DNA of 63,599 bases, the filler included, from Hausera hauseri (Eukaryota), in the NCBI GenBank assembly GCA_046269625.1. It is 11 parts of 11 records of this genome, joined end to end, with 100 filler letters (N's around TTAATTAATTAA, not from the genome) between each part and the next. Parts side by side here need not be neighbours in the genome. Positions count along the whole stretch, not along the records: positions 34,758 to 38,885 come from JBJURY010744208.1; positions 38,986 to 43,467 come from JBJURY010559451.1; positions 43,568 to 53,178 come from JBJURY010331048.1; 8 more parts are not named here. One strand, given 5' to 3'. The position numbers and the translations under genes were made by a program. Below are positions 38,839-51,918 of this stretch, one piece after another. Under the pieces are notes generated by a model. That model had not been told where the DNA came from and ran no database searches. It saw only the letters and a program-made list of their open reading frames with translations. The stretch's first letter is position 1. Each line of letters begins with the position of its first letter.

Positions 38839-39010
38839 AAAAAAAAAAAAAAAAAAAAAAAAAAAGAAAAAAATTGAATGAATTTNNNNNNNNNNNNNNN
38901 NNNNNNNNNNNNNNNNNNNNNNNNNNNNNTTAATTAATTAANNNNNNNNNNNNNNNNNNNNNNNNNNNNNNNNNNNNNNNNNNNNCAATTTTTGCTTTAT
39001 TTCAATGCAG

Positions 39011-39215
39011 ACACTGTGGAATACCCATAAGCAACATACATTATATAGCAGGAAAGTTGGATCATTTGTTGCATCTGACACTGATGCCAAAGGATGGAGC
39101 AAACAGTTATGGTACAGGAGAAGAACAAAGCTTGGCTGCAATCAGGGCATATGATCACGTAAATCGGGCAGTGAGATCACTAACCACACTTCCACTTAGT
39201 ATTCATTCTGTCCGA
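39011..39215 (+). CDS. NOL6: Internal exon of nucleolar protein 6 (Nrap/Utp22)
   Basis: TGCAG|...|GTAAGT exon encoding HCGIPISNIHYIAGKLDHLL..YGTGEEQSLAAIRAYDHVNRAVRSLTTLPLSIHSVR, similar to NOL6 ..HYVGGPLDAL..STGEEALVAAVRCYDDLSRLLWGLEGLPLTVSAVQ. Confidence 0.78.
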
Positions 39216-39980
39216 GTAAGTCCCAAAAATGACCCATACTACATTCATAGCAATAATATTATACTCGTAATTTTATAAAACACGTTTTAAAATGTTTTTC
39301 AATTCGTTTTCACTCTGCTCTTACACGGTAGATATGTTCGTCAGAAATTTTTGTAGATAAAAGACGCATAAAATGAAACCATATTCCTAAAGTAAAATTG
39401 GGGATACGTTCCATGAGTAGTAGAAAAGGAGCACAAAGCCCCAATATAAATTTCCCATCTCGAAGACCCCCCTGTAGTGCCACGGTCTAGGATATGGCCG
39501 TCCATGTTTGGCAATAGTCACCGTTTGATACAGCTAGGCCAGCACGGTTTTTGTCCTGCCTTTTACCTTTTGGCCTATGTTTGTTTGGCAGCCGAACAGT
39601 GCATGTTAATGTCAAATAAAATCAATATTCTTATTTGGCTGTTTATCAGTATACCTATTATTCCATATTTGAATTTTGACCGTTTGTTTTATAATCGTCG
39701 TTGAAAAGCCTGGATTGAAGTCGGAAGTAAAGAATGACAATACAAGCCCAAATAAAGCATGTAGAGCACATAAAAATACCCACTGAATTCATCGGTTTTG
39801 TATAGTCCTGCAAAAAAATACGGAAGCTAAATTAAGTTTCGTAAAATTTCTGGATTTTTACGGAAAGGGTTTGACATGTGTCATTATCACGATTTCATTA
39901 CCACAATATTTTAATGCTCATCACCAATTGTTATATCTGACGTAAAACATAGCTCAACAACATTACGTTAGAAAGAATTA

Positions 39981-40175
39981 CTTTCCAATTCGGAATCTAA
40001 TCTAAAATATTGTGGATATCATGATGAAGCCCGTACAGTTCAATTAAATCGTAGCAAAAATGCCGGATACATCAAATGCAAAATTTGCCTCGAAGATCAT
40101 CAAACAACAATAAATTGTTTAAGTCAGGAAGTCGATGTATATAATGACTGAATAAACGCCTGTGAAGGAGTAAGT
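39981..40175 (+). pseudogene. ELOF1: Intronless transcription elongation factor 1 (ELOF1/Elf1) relic
   Basis: KYCGYHDEARTVQLNRSKNAGYIKCKICLEDHQTTINCLSQEVDVYND*INACEGVS versus ELOF1 [57 protein letters not shown]; W to stop at 40149. Confidence 0.8.
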
Positions 40176-41269
40176 AGCAGAAAGCAATTAATTTTCATTG
40201 AATATATTTTTGTACAGTTTCCGTTAGGATTTAGTATTATTTTCCCAATAATTTAAAAATTGAAGTAACAGAGATTGATGTAAATTATTCAGTATCATTT
40301 GTACATTCAAACTAAAAAAGAATATTTTTTCAAATTTGGGAAGTGTCTTATTCTCAAAATTCTTCAAAACGGCATACCACATCAAAAATAACGGAGTCGT
40401 GGGGGATTAGGGCATGATTGTCTGATTCATCCGAATTTTTTAATTGTTGTTCTAGTATTCATAAAAAACGCACTTATTATACATTGTATCAGACGGACAT
40501 ATTTCTTTGTTGTTACGTTAATACATTTTCAGGCATCCCTTCATTTTCTAATGCGTAATCCAAAAAGAGCAACCGATACATTTTATTTTTACGATTACGA
40601 GAGTCTCACAACTAAAGTCGATGGTAAGTTGGAGCTCCCAAATATTCCTGGTAATGATTTAACATCGTTCGAGAATAAAATTGTTCCAAAACCATCGTCT
40701 CCGATAAATTCAAATACGATAACACTGTTGCGAATTATGTGCTTTGGATGTGCAATAAACATATGAACCGCACATCTGACTTGCTTTTGGGACACTTGTT
40801 GTCATTGGCATATTACCGTTGAATATTTCTTTCTTCGATTTTGTGAACGAATCCAGATGCTGTTTATGTTGGTTGTAAAATTCCTCGTAACCAGTCCGGC
40901 ACACTACCTCACATGCAGGACATACACAGTATTGAGTCCTATTGTGTTGGTATCCAAAGTAATGCTGCATTACACTGTAGCAATTCTGCTCCTTGTGTTT
41001 CTGCGCCATGCAAAATTTGCAGAAGTTGCAAATCTAAACAAACCAAATTATTTGAGGAGCACAAATAACAAAACTCACCATTTTTGGAAGTGAATTTGGA
41101 AATAATGAAATACGTAGCCATTTCAACGCATACTGCCTCGTTTATTGATTTTTCCGAACATTCTAGAACACTTTGTTTTAATGCATCATTTACATGAACT
41201 TGTTTACATGATGCACTTGATTTGTCAATGTCATGCATAGATGTACCAAAATTTGTTTTAATGCATCAA

Positions 41270-42988
41270 ATACATAAATTTCTCCGCGCCAAATTTGAAA
41301 TCTCATTAAGGTTTTCATATATGGGAAATCTATTGAGCTCGTCAGGTTCTTCGAATAACGTACGCTTTATCGATTTTTTCACTTTAGATCGATAATTATT
41401 CGATTTTAAATAATGTATTCGAATATGTAACACCAGATTCAGATTCACCATATATTGTTTCCTATCTAGATGCACTATTAGATTTATTGATTTCAGTGTG
41501 CTTAACCTCCAATTTCACTGTCAATTGCACAATGGAAATAAGCACCGTTTATTTACGTAGTATTTTTTATGTACTTCTTACTTGTCATTAAACCTTGTTT
41601 TAATACACCACAGTGCACTGTATCGCGCCAATATTGATTGCCCTATAGGTTTTCGCACATGGAGAATCGATTAAGGCAATTAGATTCTTCGAATAATTCA
41701 TCCTTGACCGAATATTCGAGTTCGAATAGCTAAATATTCGACTTGGAAGCTTGAATTCGAATATCTAAATTCATATTCCAATTCCGCACATACGCTTTTC
41801 TATCCATGTACGCTTAAATATTTATTGATTTCCGCTTCATTGCACTTTAAATTCGCATTTTGCTTAATTAGAAATATTGATTTTGAATCTATATAGTACA
41901 TTTTAATGACATACTTTTTATGCACATTGGGATTTTTGAATACGAGGAATCGATTTCCGCTGTTAAATTTTTCGAATAGTTCGAACTTCGATTTTTGAGT
42001 TCAAAAATCTTCGAATTTCGAACTTTTGACTCGATATTCGAGTTCGGCATGCTCTATTTCCTATCTGTCTCCGCTCAATGTTAGGTCGAATTTTGCTTCC
42101 CTACGCTTAAATAACATGTCAAATATATAGCCCATTTGCACTTTGGATAGATACGAATCAATAACTAATCAATAAATTAAAATTCTAACTGCACATTCAT
42201 ATACTACATCATGTTTCCTTCCTATTGCTCCAGATCATATATCCCAATCGTCCATATTGGAAATATCTGAAATTCGATATTATTGATTTTTTTACATTTG
42301 CACACATGTTTTTGCACTGCACGCCATATATGAGGATGGATCTCGATGTGCTCCATCTAACTGCACTTGACCCAGATCAATTCCATCAATCCTACGCTGC
42401 ACAATTCAAAAAGTGTGTAAAGTAAAAAGTGCTCCTGCACACCGATCAATAAACACGACACAATCGAATGGTGCACTGATTGAAAGCACATTGTCTACTG
42501 TACACACCAGTATATGTGCCATTTTGAGATTATTGATTTAAAATTTATAGCGGAAAGGCCTGTGGCGGTTCTGTCCCACTTCGAATTATTCGAAACCCAA
42601 TTAATCGATTTAAATTCTAACTACACATTCACATACAACATCAAGTGCACTACCGATTGCACCCGGTGCCGTTCCCCAATAATCAATATTGGGAATATCT
42701 GAAATCCGACATTATTGATTTTTGCACACTTGCACATGTGCTGCGCACCTGTACTGTGTACCAATCGATGCACTATCAATAAGCAGTTTGTCCCGATCGA
42801 TTCGACAAACACTGCACTGTGCAGCGATCGATTTGTGAAATGTGCAAAAGAGCCCTTAGTAACGGTGACTAGCGGCATCGTCGCCTAGCACTCTACCGAT
42901 CGATAGTGCTCCGTGTGCACTATCGATATATGGATGCGCACGCCACCCGGGGAGAGGGGTGAGGGAGAATCCGCAATTTTCCCCTACT
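41270..42988 (+). repeat. Polinton/Maverick right terminal inverted repeat with internal duplications
   Basis: Reverse-complement homolog of 8159-9070; internal duplication AATTCTAACT(A/G)CACATTCA at ~42180 and ~42613; GC-rich tip ending TTTTCCCCTACT (AGTAG terminus). Confidence 0.7.
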
Positions 42989-43396
42989 AACAAAGTAGCT
43001 TATCAGTTTACTGCCGATTTCAGATTTTATGTTTAACTGTTGATGATACCACAGAGAATTTGTTCTTCTCGGCCACTGATTCTTTAATCACACCATGTCA
43101 TGACGAAATGACTAGCGAATTCTGATTGTTGAAAGCAAGCGTCTTTCAACGTCATTGGCAAAGCTTTATCTAAATTATTTTTTACGTCAATTTTCTGTCT
43201 GACGTATGGCAATAAATATGATTCTAAATAGTGTTCAATATTAATGGAACTTCGACCTTTTATTAAGATTGTAAAAGCATTAATTGCCGCAATTGACCAT
43301 GATGGAAAATCCAACTTTTGCAAAACAGTCGGCCAAATTTTCACTTCTGGATAAATTTTAACGGATAGATTCTGAATATTCTGATATATGTTTTAA

Positions 43397-43467
<71 letters not shown>
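43397..43467. repeat. (CAT)n microsatellite
   Basis: About 23 perfect CAT units running into the linker. Confidence 0.95.
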
Positions 43468-43570
43468 NNNNNNNNNNNNNNNNNNNNNNNNNNNNNNNNN
43501 NNNNNNNNNNNTTAATTAATTAANNNNNNNNNNNNNNNNNNNNNNNNNNNNNNNNNNNNNNNNNNNNCCA

Positions 43571-43572
43571 TC

Positions 43573-43624
<52 letters not shown>

Positions 43625-44056
43625 CCCTTTCTCTCTGTGTCTATTTTTCACACACACAGCCACCTACACAAACCCACACACTACACAACACACCAAAAGC
43701 ACGCATGACCAATCACACAACACACCACCACACCGCACACACAAACCACACACAGCACACACACAAACAACACACACTCACCACAGTTAACACATATACC
43801 CTACATGCTAACGACACATACAGACACCACAAACGCTATACTACACCACACCACATACACAACACACACACACCACACTATACACACACATATATATGTG
43901 TGTGTAGTGTGTGATGTGTTTTTGGTTTGTGTGTTTAATGTGTGTGGTGAATGTGGTGTAGTGTGCGCTGTTGTGGTGTGGTATGATGCGGTGTTTGTGT
44001 GTGTGGTTGTGTGGGTATGTGTGGGTGATTGTATGTGTGGTGTTTGTGTGTGTCTG
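43571..44056. repeat. (CT)n tract followed by degenerate CA-rich / TG-rich mirror microsatellite
   Basis: CA-rich half 43649-43890 switches at CACACATATATATGTGTGTG to a TG-rich half. Confidence 0.85.
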
Positions 44057-44209
44057 CGTGAACTTGTGTCTTCATTTGAACTCACTTAACATTACACGAC
44101 TCTTAACCTTAGTGAGGATCTGGGGCTCACTTTAAAGTGTCAGGACCTTGAATAAATGTATTTGATAGCCATAAGTTTAGATCTACAGTGATGACCCTGT
44201 GTTTCGCCA

Positions 44210-46420
44210 CGGAATAAACAACAAACAATTGTAGTAAATAAGCCAGAATAAGGAAACAGGAGCAGGATTGACTAAGTTAAAGAAAACAGATAAAAGCTTT
44301 TACATAAACGAGAACGAAAACGTTGAGTAAAAACCAAGATGGGTGTCTCCCGTTCCACTTATGTATCGATGCTAACATGCGGATGTGAGTCTTGACGTTA
44401 AACTCAGCTAACAAAAGTCAACTGAAGAAATTTGAAATTGGGTAGGTACATGAGGAAAGTATATAATGCTCATACTGCTTTGAACAATGAACATAGAACG
44501 TAGACGCTAAGGAAGAATCGTTTTATATAAAAAATGTTGAAGTCGTTACTGAAGACGAAGAATATGACTAACTTACTAGAAACATAAGAACACGATATTA
44601 ACGTTCTTTGAGCAAATAGTGAGAAAATATGAGATGGAAAGTTTGAATCGAAGAGAGTGTAAGACAATCAGGCAAGGAAATACCTATCCTTGGGAAGAGG
44701 ATGAACATTGTACTGTTTGGAGAAACTGAACATCGCACATAGTGGAAAAGCATGATCGCCTATAAATCATGAAACTGCACCTGAGAAGATCATGCTATTT
44801 TAGGCCTACTGACGAGTTATTACCAGACCTAGTCGCCAAATGAAAAAAAAAGCCCGAAGACATTAAACATTTTAAGGAAATAACATAAATAGGAAATAAC
44901 ATAAACATTTAAAGAAAAACATTAGTTTGCAATCAATAGATGATACTCTCAGAAGAATACGGTTTCACGACAATAAAATATCATGACATTTAAAAAATAA
45001 CTGTAATAGTTCTCATCTATGAATAAAATCAAAATTTCCATATTTGGGTTAGCCGTTCAGACAGCAGGTTGTCAAGAAAACCATCAACTCAAGCTTGCTT
45101 GACGAAATCAAACTCAGTGTTTCTAGGGAGAAACAGACATGTCTCTTTGGCCCATTATTTTTTAAACCAGGAGTGATTGATCGTAATAAATGTATAATTG
45201 ATTATACAAAATAAAATTGATTGAACCTACGAAATAGTCTTAGTCACATAACATAATGTTAATTGGTCCCACCGACAGGCAATGCTTGGTCATACAAAAT
45301 AAATCTGACTCCTACCAACGAAAAAGCATGCTTGATTGTACAAAATAATGTACAATCATCCTACCAGCTTGCGCTGTTAGTCATACTAGACCGGTCTACA
45401 CCACTAAGACTGCTTGGCCACACTAAGTGACATTACTTGTTTGTACCAAGTCACTTTGACCCTACAAAATGACGTTATTTAGTTGTATGGAATCACTTTA
45501 CTCGATCTCATTAAACGCCGTTACTAGATGATATAGACTGGCCAACTAAACGACGTTTTCGTTAGAAGAGTTAACATATGCACGGATCTCCACGAATAGT
45601 GATAATCAACAAGATCTCACTACTTTGTAAACGCTGCCGAACACCTTGACGAAATGCTGTTTGCTTCAATTTTTGAGAGAACGTAAGCAGTAAATCTATT
45701 GTTGCCAGCAGAATTTGGAATCTGCAGGTGAAAGAATGCTCAAAAATATCCTGGCCAGAGATAAAGTCAGATGAATATATATTGAAAGAAGCTAACGAGA
45801 AAGGAAGAATAATTTCGGATATAAGAAAACGACAATCAAATTTTTTTTTTTTTTTTTTTTTGGAAATGTAAAGAGAAAGAGGGGATTGGAGAATTTAATA
45901 ACAACAGGCAAAATAGACGTGAAGAGTGCCATAGGGAGACAGAGGCAGAAAATTATAGAAGGTTTGACAACATATCATGGTCAAAAAACATCGACAGGTT
46001 TGATATCGAGCGCAAGAGATAGACATATGTGGAGAGACATGAACGCCATTATGCAAGGCATATAATGATGATGACGCATTCAGTCAGAGTACACACAAAT
46101 TAAACATCTCTAGTACTAGATCCCCTGCCTGAAAGGGAATGAGCCAATTTGTTTAATAAGAAAACAAGAAGAAACGAGGTTTTGCTAAAAGAAACATGAA
46201 TGGGGACATTGTCAATAATGATAGCGCAAAGACGGTGGTGCTGGACAGAAGACATCATGTGCATGAGAAAGACACATGACTTGCTGCCAAGGTTAGCATT
46301 ACAATGGTCAATTTAATGTAAGAGAGGACCACCTAAGGAAACATGAATGAACATTGCAACAAAAATCATGCCTGCTGTGGTTCTGACTTGGGATGCATCT
46401 GAAATAAGAGTACAGGGTCA
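44210..46420 (+). mobile_element. Cluster of degraded RTE-clade LINE 3' fragments
   Basis: LTCGCES*TLNSANKSQLKKFE (~44370); GLENLITTGKIDVKSAIGRQR followed by a (GAT)n tail (~45880-46070). Confidence 0.65.
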
Positions 46421-46964
46421 ACAGTTGTAGAAGAGTTTTCTCAAAAGCAGCCCTGTGTGTTCNNNNNNNNNNNNNNNNNNNNNNNNNNNNNNNNNNNNNN
46501 NNNNNNNNNNNNNNNNNNNNNNNNNNNNNNNNNNNNNNNNNNNNNNNNNNNNNNNNNNNNNNNNNNNNNNNNNNNNNNNNNNNNNNNNNNNNNNNNNNNN
46601 NNNNNNNNNNNNNNNNNNNNNNCGATTCAATAACTTTTCACGTCTATTCAATACAACGTGAAGCTGCAAAGTGAAAAGAAATAAAAATACTATAAAACAT
46701 ATTGATACACGTAGTTGGAGAAAAAAATAGGTTCGTTTTATTTTAAACCGACAGGTCTATGGGTGATTGAATTGTTTTCAATACAAAATTAAGTTTTTAT
46801 TAATAGCTACCTCTTTTGTCATTATATATTCCCAGGAGATTGCTTAATTTGTTGGGGAAAAAACCTACATAATCATGACCTTCATCCTTGAGGAAACAAG
46901 TTTAACTAGACCTGGAAATATTAACAAATCAAAGTTTAAAAACACCAGGTTATAAATCTCTGCA

Positions 46965-47815
46965 GTGCATCTTCCCATGTTGTCCTCTGACCTTGCTGCA
47001 CGGCCTTTTGCACTCTTTTTGCATTCTCGGCCTCGCGAATTTCCTGGACAACGATGTCTCTTCGTCCTCTTTTCGATGCTTTAGACCAGTAATTCACGTC
47101 ATCATGACTGAACCCTCGCCTGTTCGTGTGTGCATACCCAATGACTTTTTTTTAGCTTAAGGGCTGTACTCTACAGCTTTGCTCACTTTCCATTTCCTGC
47201 CTGTTTTCAAGGTAGGCTGGACGGTCCAGAGTACCTCGACCTGTGAATCCAATAACATCATCGCCAATTTTGTTTCCCAACTTTATACTCCTCTAAAACA
47301 GACATGAACGGAAGTTTGAGCTTTGCTTTCTTGCAGTACAGTGCTACGTCCGATAGACCTGGTGGTACACCTAGCCATTTCCTCGTGACCTTGTTGATTT
47401 TCCGCTCCATGATCTCCACCGTACTGACACTTATTTCGCGTATCAGAAGTGGCCACATAATCTCAGGAATCAACACAAATTGGAGGCATCAGATCTTGAA
47501 TTTCCCTATAAGCCTGCATCGGTCAATGGTTTTCAGGCCGCTCTCGACCATGTCTTTTACCTGTTGAACTACCTTCTGGTCTTTTAGTGTGGCATCGTAT
47601 ACTCTGCGGAGACTTTAACAGGTTCTTCGATTACATTCGGCATCCGCTGGTTTGACACAATAAATTCCATCCCAGTCGCTTCCATTTTTATGTCAGACAG
47701 GCTTCTCGACTTTTTGGGTTTGAAGGTCATCCTGCACCAAGAGATGAGCTCGTCAAGCCGGGCTAGCATAATCCGGGCTTGGGTTTCGTCTTGCGTTACA
47801 ATTGTTGTGCCATGC
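46965..47815 (-). mobile_element. R2/NeSL (Hero-like) non-LTR retrotransposon RT-thumb fragment
   Basis: LARLDELISWCRMTFKPKKSRSLS; LIPEIMWPLLIREISVSTVEIMERKINKVTRKWLGVPPGLSDVALY..LKLPFMSVLEEYK. Confidence 0.8.
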
Positions 47816-49100
47816 AATATACAACAATGGAGATTGCTCAAAGAATGAAAATAAGACTAGCGATAGCAATGCAGAGGTTAACCAGCATGAAGAACCTATG
47901 GCACAACACCAGCAACTGAACCAAAATAAAGATTCTAAGAATACAAACTTCCCCGTTGCGATCTATGGACGAAAATCATGAACTATTACACAAGCCGAAA
48001 ACTGAAATATTTTGGCCACGTTAAACGTCATGATGGTCTGGAGAGAATAGTAATGGAAGGTGTTGTGTTTGAAAATAAAGTTTGTTTGTGCCTGACACAA
48101 AAGGCAAGTTAAGACCAAGACGACACTGGACGCAAGAGATCAAGGAGACTAAATATGAACTTGAGAGAGCCAGATGAGATGACTCGCTACAAAAATCTAT
48201 CAGAGAGGATGTGTTTGCGGGCAACATTCTGCAAAGGATAGATAACATAATGATAAGTACACATTGAAGAACAGGCTGAATGAGACCCGACACATTCACT
48301 AAAATAATCACAAATTTTATACTAAACTGTATCATTGAAGGGACAGAGTTAGAAAGAAATGATACGAGGACTATTTGGAATACGGCGCAGAAATGAAGTA
48401 CGTGATTTAGAAAATAATCTCTGCAATAGAAAAGCTATCTTTCAACAAAGCCCAGAAAACTACTTACTTGGACCCCAACAGATGGTAACACCAGCAATGT
48501 AACACGAGATAATTCTAACATAACAAAGCTGAAGGACAAGCATAACAGCCACAAGACATTGCCAGGAGCAGATTCAAACTCAGATCATACGCTACTCGTA
48601 TGAGGTCATGTTCTATTCGCAAAACTTAAAAAATAATCGCAAAAATAACTGTCCAACATGATAGGGATATAATGGGACAAAAATTACGTCTCAGAATAAA
48701 GACAGAAGAGATGTATAGAGGAAAGAAGAAAACTATAGCGAACAGGGGAGCAACGTAACAGCCACGACTACAGAACGTAATAAGATAAATAAAAATAAAT
48801 AAGGCCAAACAAGAAACAGTATGTAACAAAATCATGCCACAGAAGATCTACTGGGAAATTAAAGAACTGACTGTGTATACACACCACATTCACAGGTAAA
48901 AGCAAATAGCAGAGGAAACAAGATAACAGAAAGTGAAGGTATACTTAGAAGGACGACGGCAAAGTGTACAAGATACCAAAATATAATCCAAAAGTAATGA
49001 TGGCAGGTAACTTATGCTAGACGAAGTACGCTCAACAATCAAAAGCTGGAGGAAAGGGAAATCAGCAAGTTGTGACGACATACCATCATCAATATCGAGC
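47816..49100 (+). mobile_element. Degraded RTE LINE fragments
   Basis: YFGHVKRHDGLERIVMEG..RPRRHW (~48010-48130); endonuclease-end PGADSNSDHTLL (~48560); EVRSTIKSWRKGKSASCDDIP (~49020). Confidence 0.65.
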
Positions 49101-49293
49101 ATAAGATTGTATGAAACTGGAAGAAGCAGACGAGCTATCAAAAGGCACATAATTTTTGGGGCAGACTGTAATATGCACGACATTACTCAAAGGTTATTTT
49201 ACATGATGACGATTAACCTGAACAGTCAAGTTACGTTTGCGAGGCCACCATGTCCTTTCTCTGACTTTAGTTTCAGATTGTTTGGAATTGTAA

Positions 49294-49329
<36 letters not shown>

Positions 49330-50674
49330 CAGGGCCAAATATTTTTATTGACGTGTATTCTCTTGATAGCAACATGGAACTCGATGGTGATGTTCTAGCT
49401 ATTGGTTATTACAGTATATTCGGCGGAAAGATGGTGGCGTCCCTGCTCACAAAGCCGAAGCCTAGAAAAATGAAGGCACTTAACACTTCATTCCCCTACG
49501 GCATTCATAATACTACGGGACTAAAAAAAAATTGGTGACTGACTTTAGAACTACATCATAGTGAAAGGTTCCCACATATTTAAAACAGTGCTGCACACCT
49601 TGTCTAAATTTTAAACCTTGTGGGTCGAGATAAGGATCATTTCACCAGCATTAACACACTGGTCAAGATCTCTCAGCACTTCCACGCACTGAGCCACGGA
49701 AACAGAAGAGATTTTCGCAGACGCTGGAAGAATCGCCAGTCCTTTGTCGTAGTAGAGCCGTGATTATCACTGTACAGCCCACATTTCTCCCAGGAGGGAA
49801 GGAAAGCGCAGTGAATCCTCGCAATAGTGGGAGCCATGCTCTTACATGGGGACCGCGATGCGTCAAAGCTACTGAAACCACGTTTCACTATCCACAGCGA
49901 GATTGTGTCATCTGCACAAGTACATAAAGATTACGATAGAGCCTGCTGCTCGCAGAAACAGAAACATTAAGCAACCAACAAACCAAAAAAAAAAAAAAAA
50001 AAACCAGATAACCATAAAAACCAACCAACCAATGAGAATTACTGTCTGAAGCTCAAAGTTCCCGAATATCTGTAAAATTTAATTAAGTAGCACGCACAAA
50101 TGCAATAAACAATTATTTAATGGACACACAAAACAGTTAGAAACACGTTCAGGTGTCACATTTTGTGAGATTTAATGACAACGCAGCGACTCTTACATGT
50201 GTAAAAAAAAAAAAAATCACAGTAGAGATCTTCTGCAAGAGGCTTTGATGACATCATTTATGGACGGTTCTTCAATAGAATCCTTTACCTGCGTAAAACG
50301 GTAAATATTAAAACATTAGTAGAGCATCGCATAAACCATGTTACAAATGTTAATAAAGCAAGACCTTACAAACGCCTGGTCCGGAGATTGGCCGAATAGA
50401 CTGTCATGTCAAAAATCGGGTGTTCAGATCTAGAACCTTGCGCCCTAATTCATTCTACTGTATAAGGATACGGGAAACATTTTTTCTTGGAGTTATTTTA
50501 AAGGCGGCAATTGTGGTTTTAACCACATCACAGTTTCTTGTTTCTACAAGAAATTACCGTCAGACAGTTAAATGGTTTGATTTTCTTTTTAAATACAAAA
50601 CCTGCTGTCAATAGTTAAAACATTCAAACAGTAGTGGTATGGTGACGTGCACTCAGCAGCTTCACTGTCTAAAG

Positions 50675-51360
50675 CAGTGGTTCCGGACCCCTGGGATCGT
50701 AACTTCAAAAGGGCCGAAAACTGTTTTCACTGGGGTCGCGCGGTTACTTTGTATTATTCAGAATTTTTAGTGTAAACTTTACCGAAAGGGTTTACAACAT
50801 TTAAACCGCTTTTATCAATGACAGATTTTGTAGACAAGTTGCGGTGACAAATCCGAAGAGCAAATCCGGCTGTTTTGCTGGCGTCATTCTGTGTGCAATC
50901 AAATTGTGGCCAAAAGTAAATATTTGAAGCGTTGCCAAGTTTTAAAACATTTGCACTGTGGTGTAAGAGTTGGAATGTGCTCTGAATGAGAAAATGAAGG
51001 AGGAGAATTTTTGTCAGAATATAAATCCTTTGAACAGCAATCGTATGTGAACGCCGCTGATACGAAACACGTTCTATTCCTTCCATGTAGCCAGCAATAA
51101 AGTAGGGGACGAATTCTTTGATCTGAGAAAAAATTCCTCAGTACAAAACGTGTTTTACCAACAGTTTCAGGCTCAGTTCTGGAGTGTCATGTATCAATCA
51201 CCATGACTGTCCTTCGAGTTTTACTTCCATTTCTCTGCGAGCCTCGATATTTGATTCTTCTTCGTCTGACAAGAGAGGCAAGAAATGCAGTGAACATTTA
51301 GGATGACAAGAAATTGCTTTAACAAACACTACGCCGTGCGTTTTGAATTTGGTTGTCTGC
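50675..51360 (+). mobile_element. Degraded hAT (Buster/ZBED8-like) element
   Basis: GTCTAAAG|CAGTGGTTCC end (nnnTAnnn target); remnant LRVLLPFLCE..REARN dimerization motif near 51210-51290. Confidence 0.55.
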
Positions 51361-51642
51361 CCAAAGTACTGCAACGGATTTCAGTATTTGTTTCAATAAA
51401 TATAAGGTTAGAATTTCATTGTGCAAGCCAAAAGCTATATTTTATATATTTCCCTTATCCCATTAAAAGAGATTTAGCTCCTTGATGTACTATACAGATC
51501 TAAGAGTGAACAGCAAATACAATTAACGAACTGCAAAGGCTCTGTCAAAATATACAAACGTGCAAAGTACATAATGAATTCCATATGTGATATCTCAATG
51601 ACCGCAAAGCTCAGCAGTTTCAGTGCACAATTAATATGTTAA

Positions 51643-51918
51643 CTAAATTAGTGACTTACCAATAAATTTTCCGTAGCCACCAAAGCCAGGGAAACCAAAA
51701 CCACCGAAAGCTCCAAGCCCATAACCGAATCCAAGACCTCCGAGCCCATAACCACCAAATCCATAACCACCAAGTCCATAACCACCAAGTCCATAACCAA
51801 GTCCATAACCGCCAAGTCCATAACCACCAATACCATATCCAATTCCAGGGAAAGCAATGGCATCGGAACTCAAGGACAAAGTGGCAACAATAAGTGCAAC
51901 AAGAACGAGTTTGTACAT
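51643..51918 (-). CDS. Small secreted Gly/Tyr-rich protein (GGYGL repeats)
   Basis: ATG 4 nt after a pyrimidine-rich acceptor TTCCTCTTCCAG|; signal peptide MYKLVLVALIVATLSLSSDA; GGYGL/GGYGF repeats. A GGTAAGT donor at GKFIG suggests the true C-terminus may be spliced. Confidence 0.85.
   Translation of the reverse strand: MYKLVLVALIVATLSLSSDAIAFPGIGYGIGGYGLGGYGLGYGLGGYGLGGYGFGGYGLGGLGFGYGLGAFGGFGFPGFGGYGKFIGKSLI

Noticed and set aside
43084-43344. 86-aa ORF as a host HEAT-repeat gene exon
   Set aside because: No confident family match; in-frame stop and no clear splice sites.
43705-44089. His/Thr-rich and Cys/Val-rich ORFs
   Set aside because: Translations of CA/TG microsatellite.
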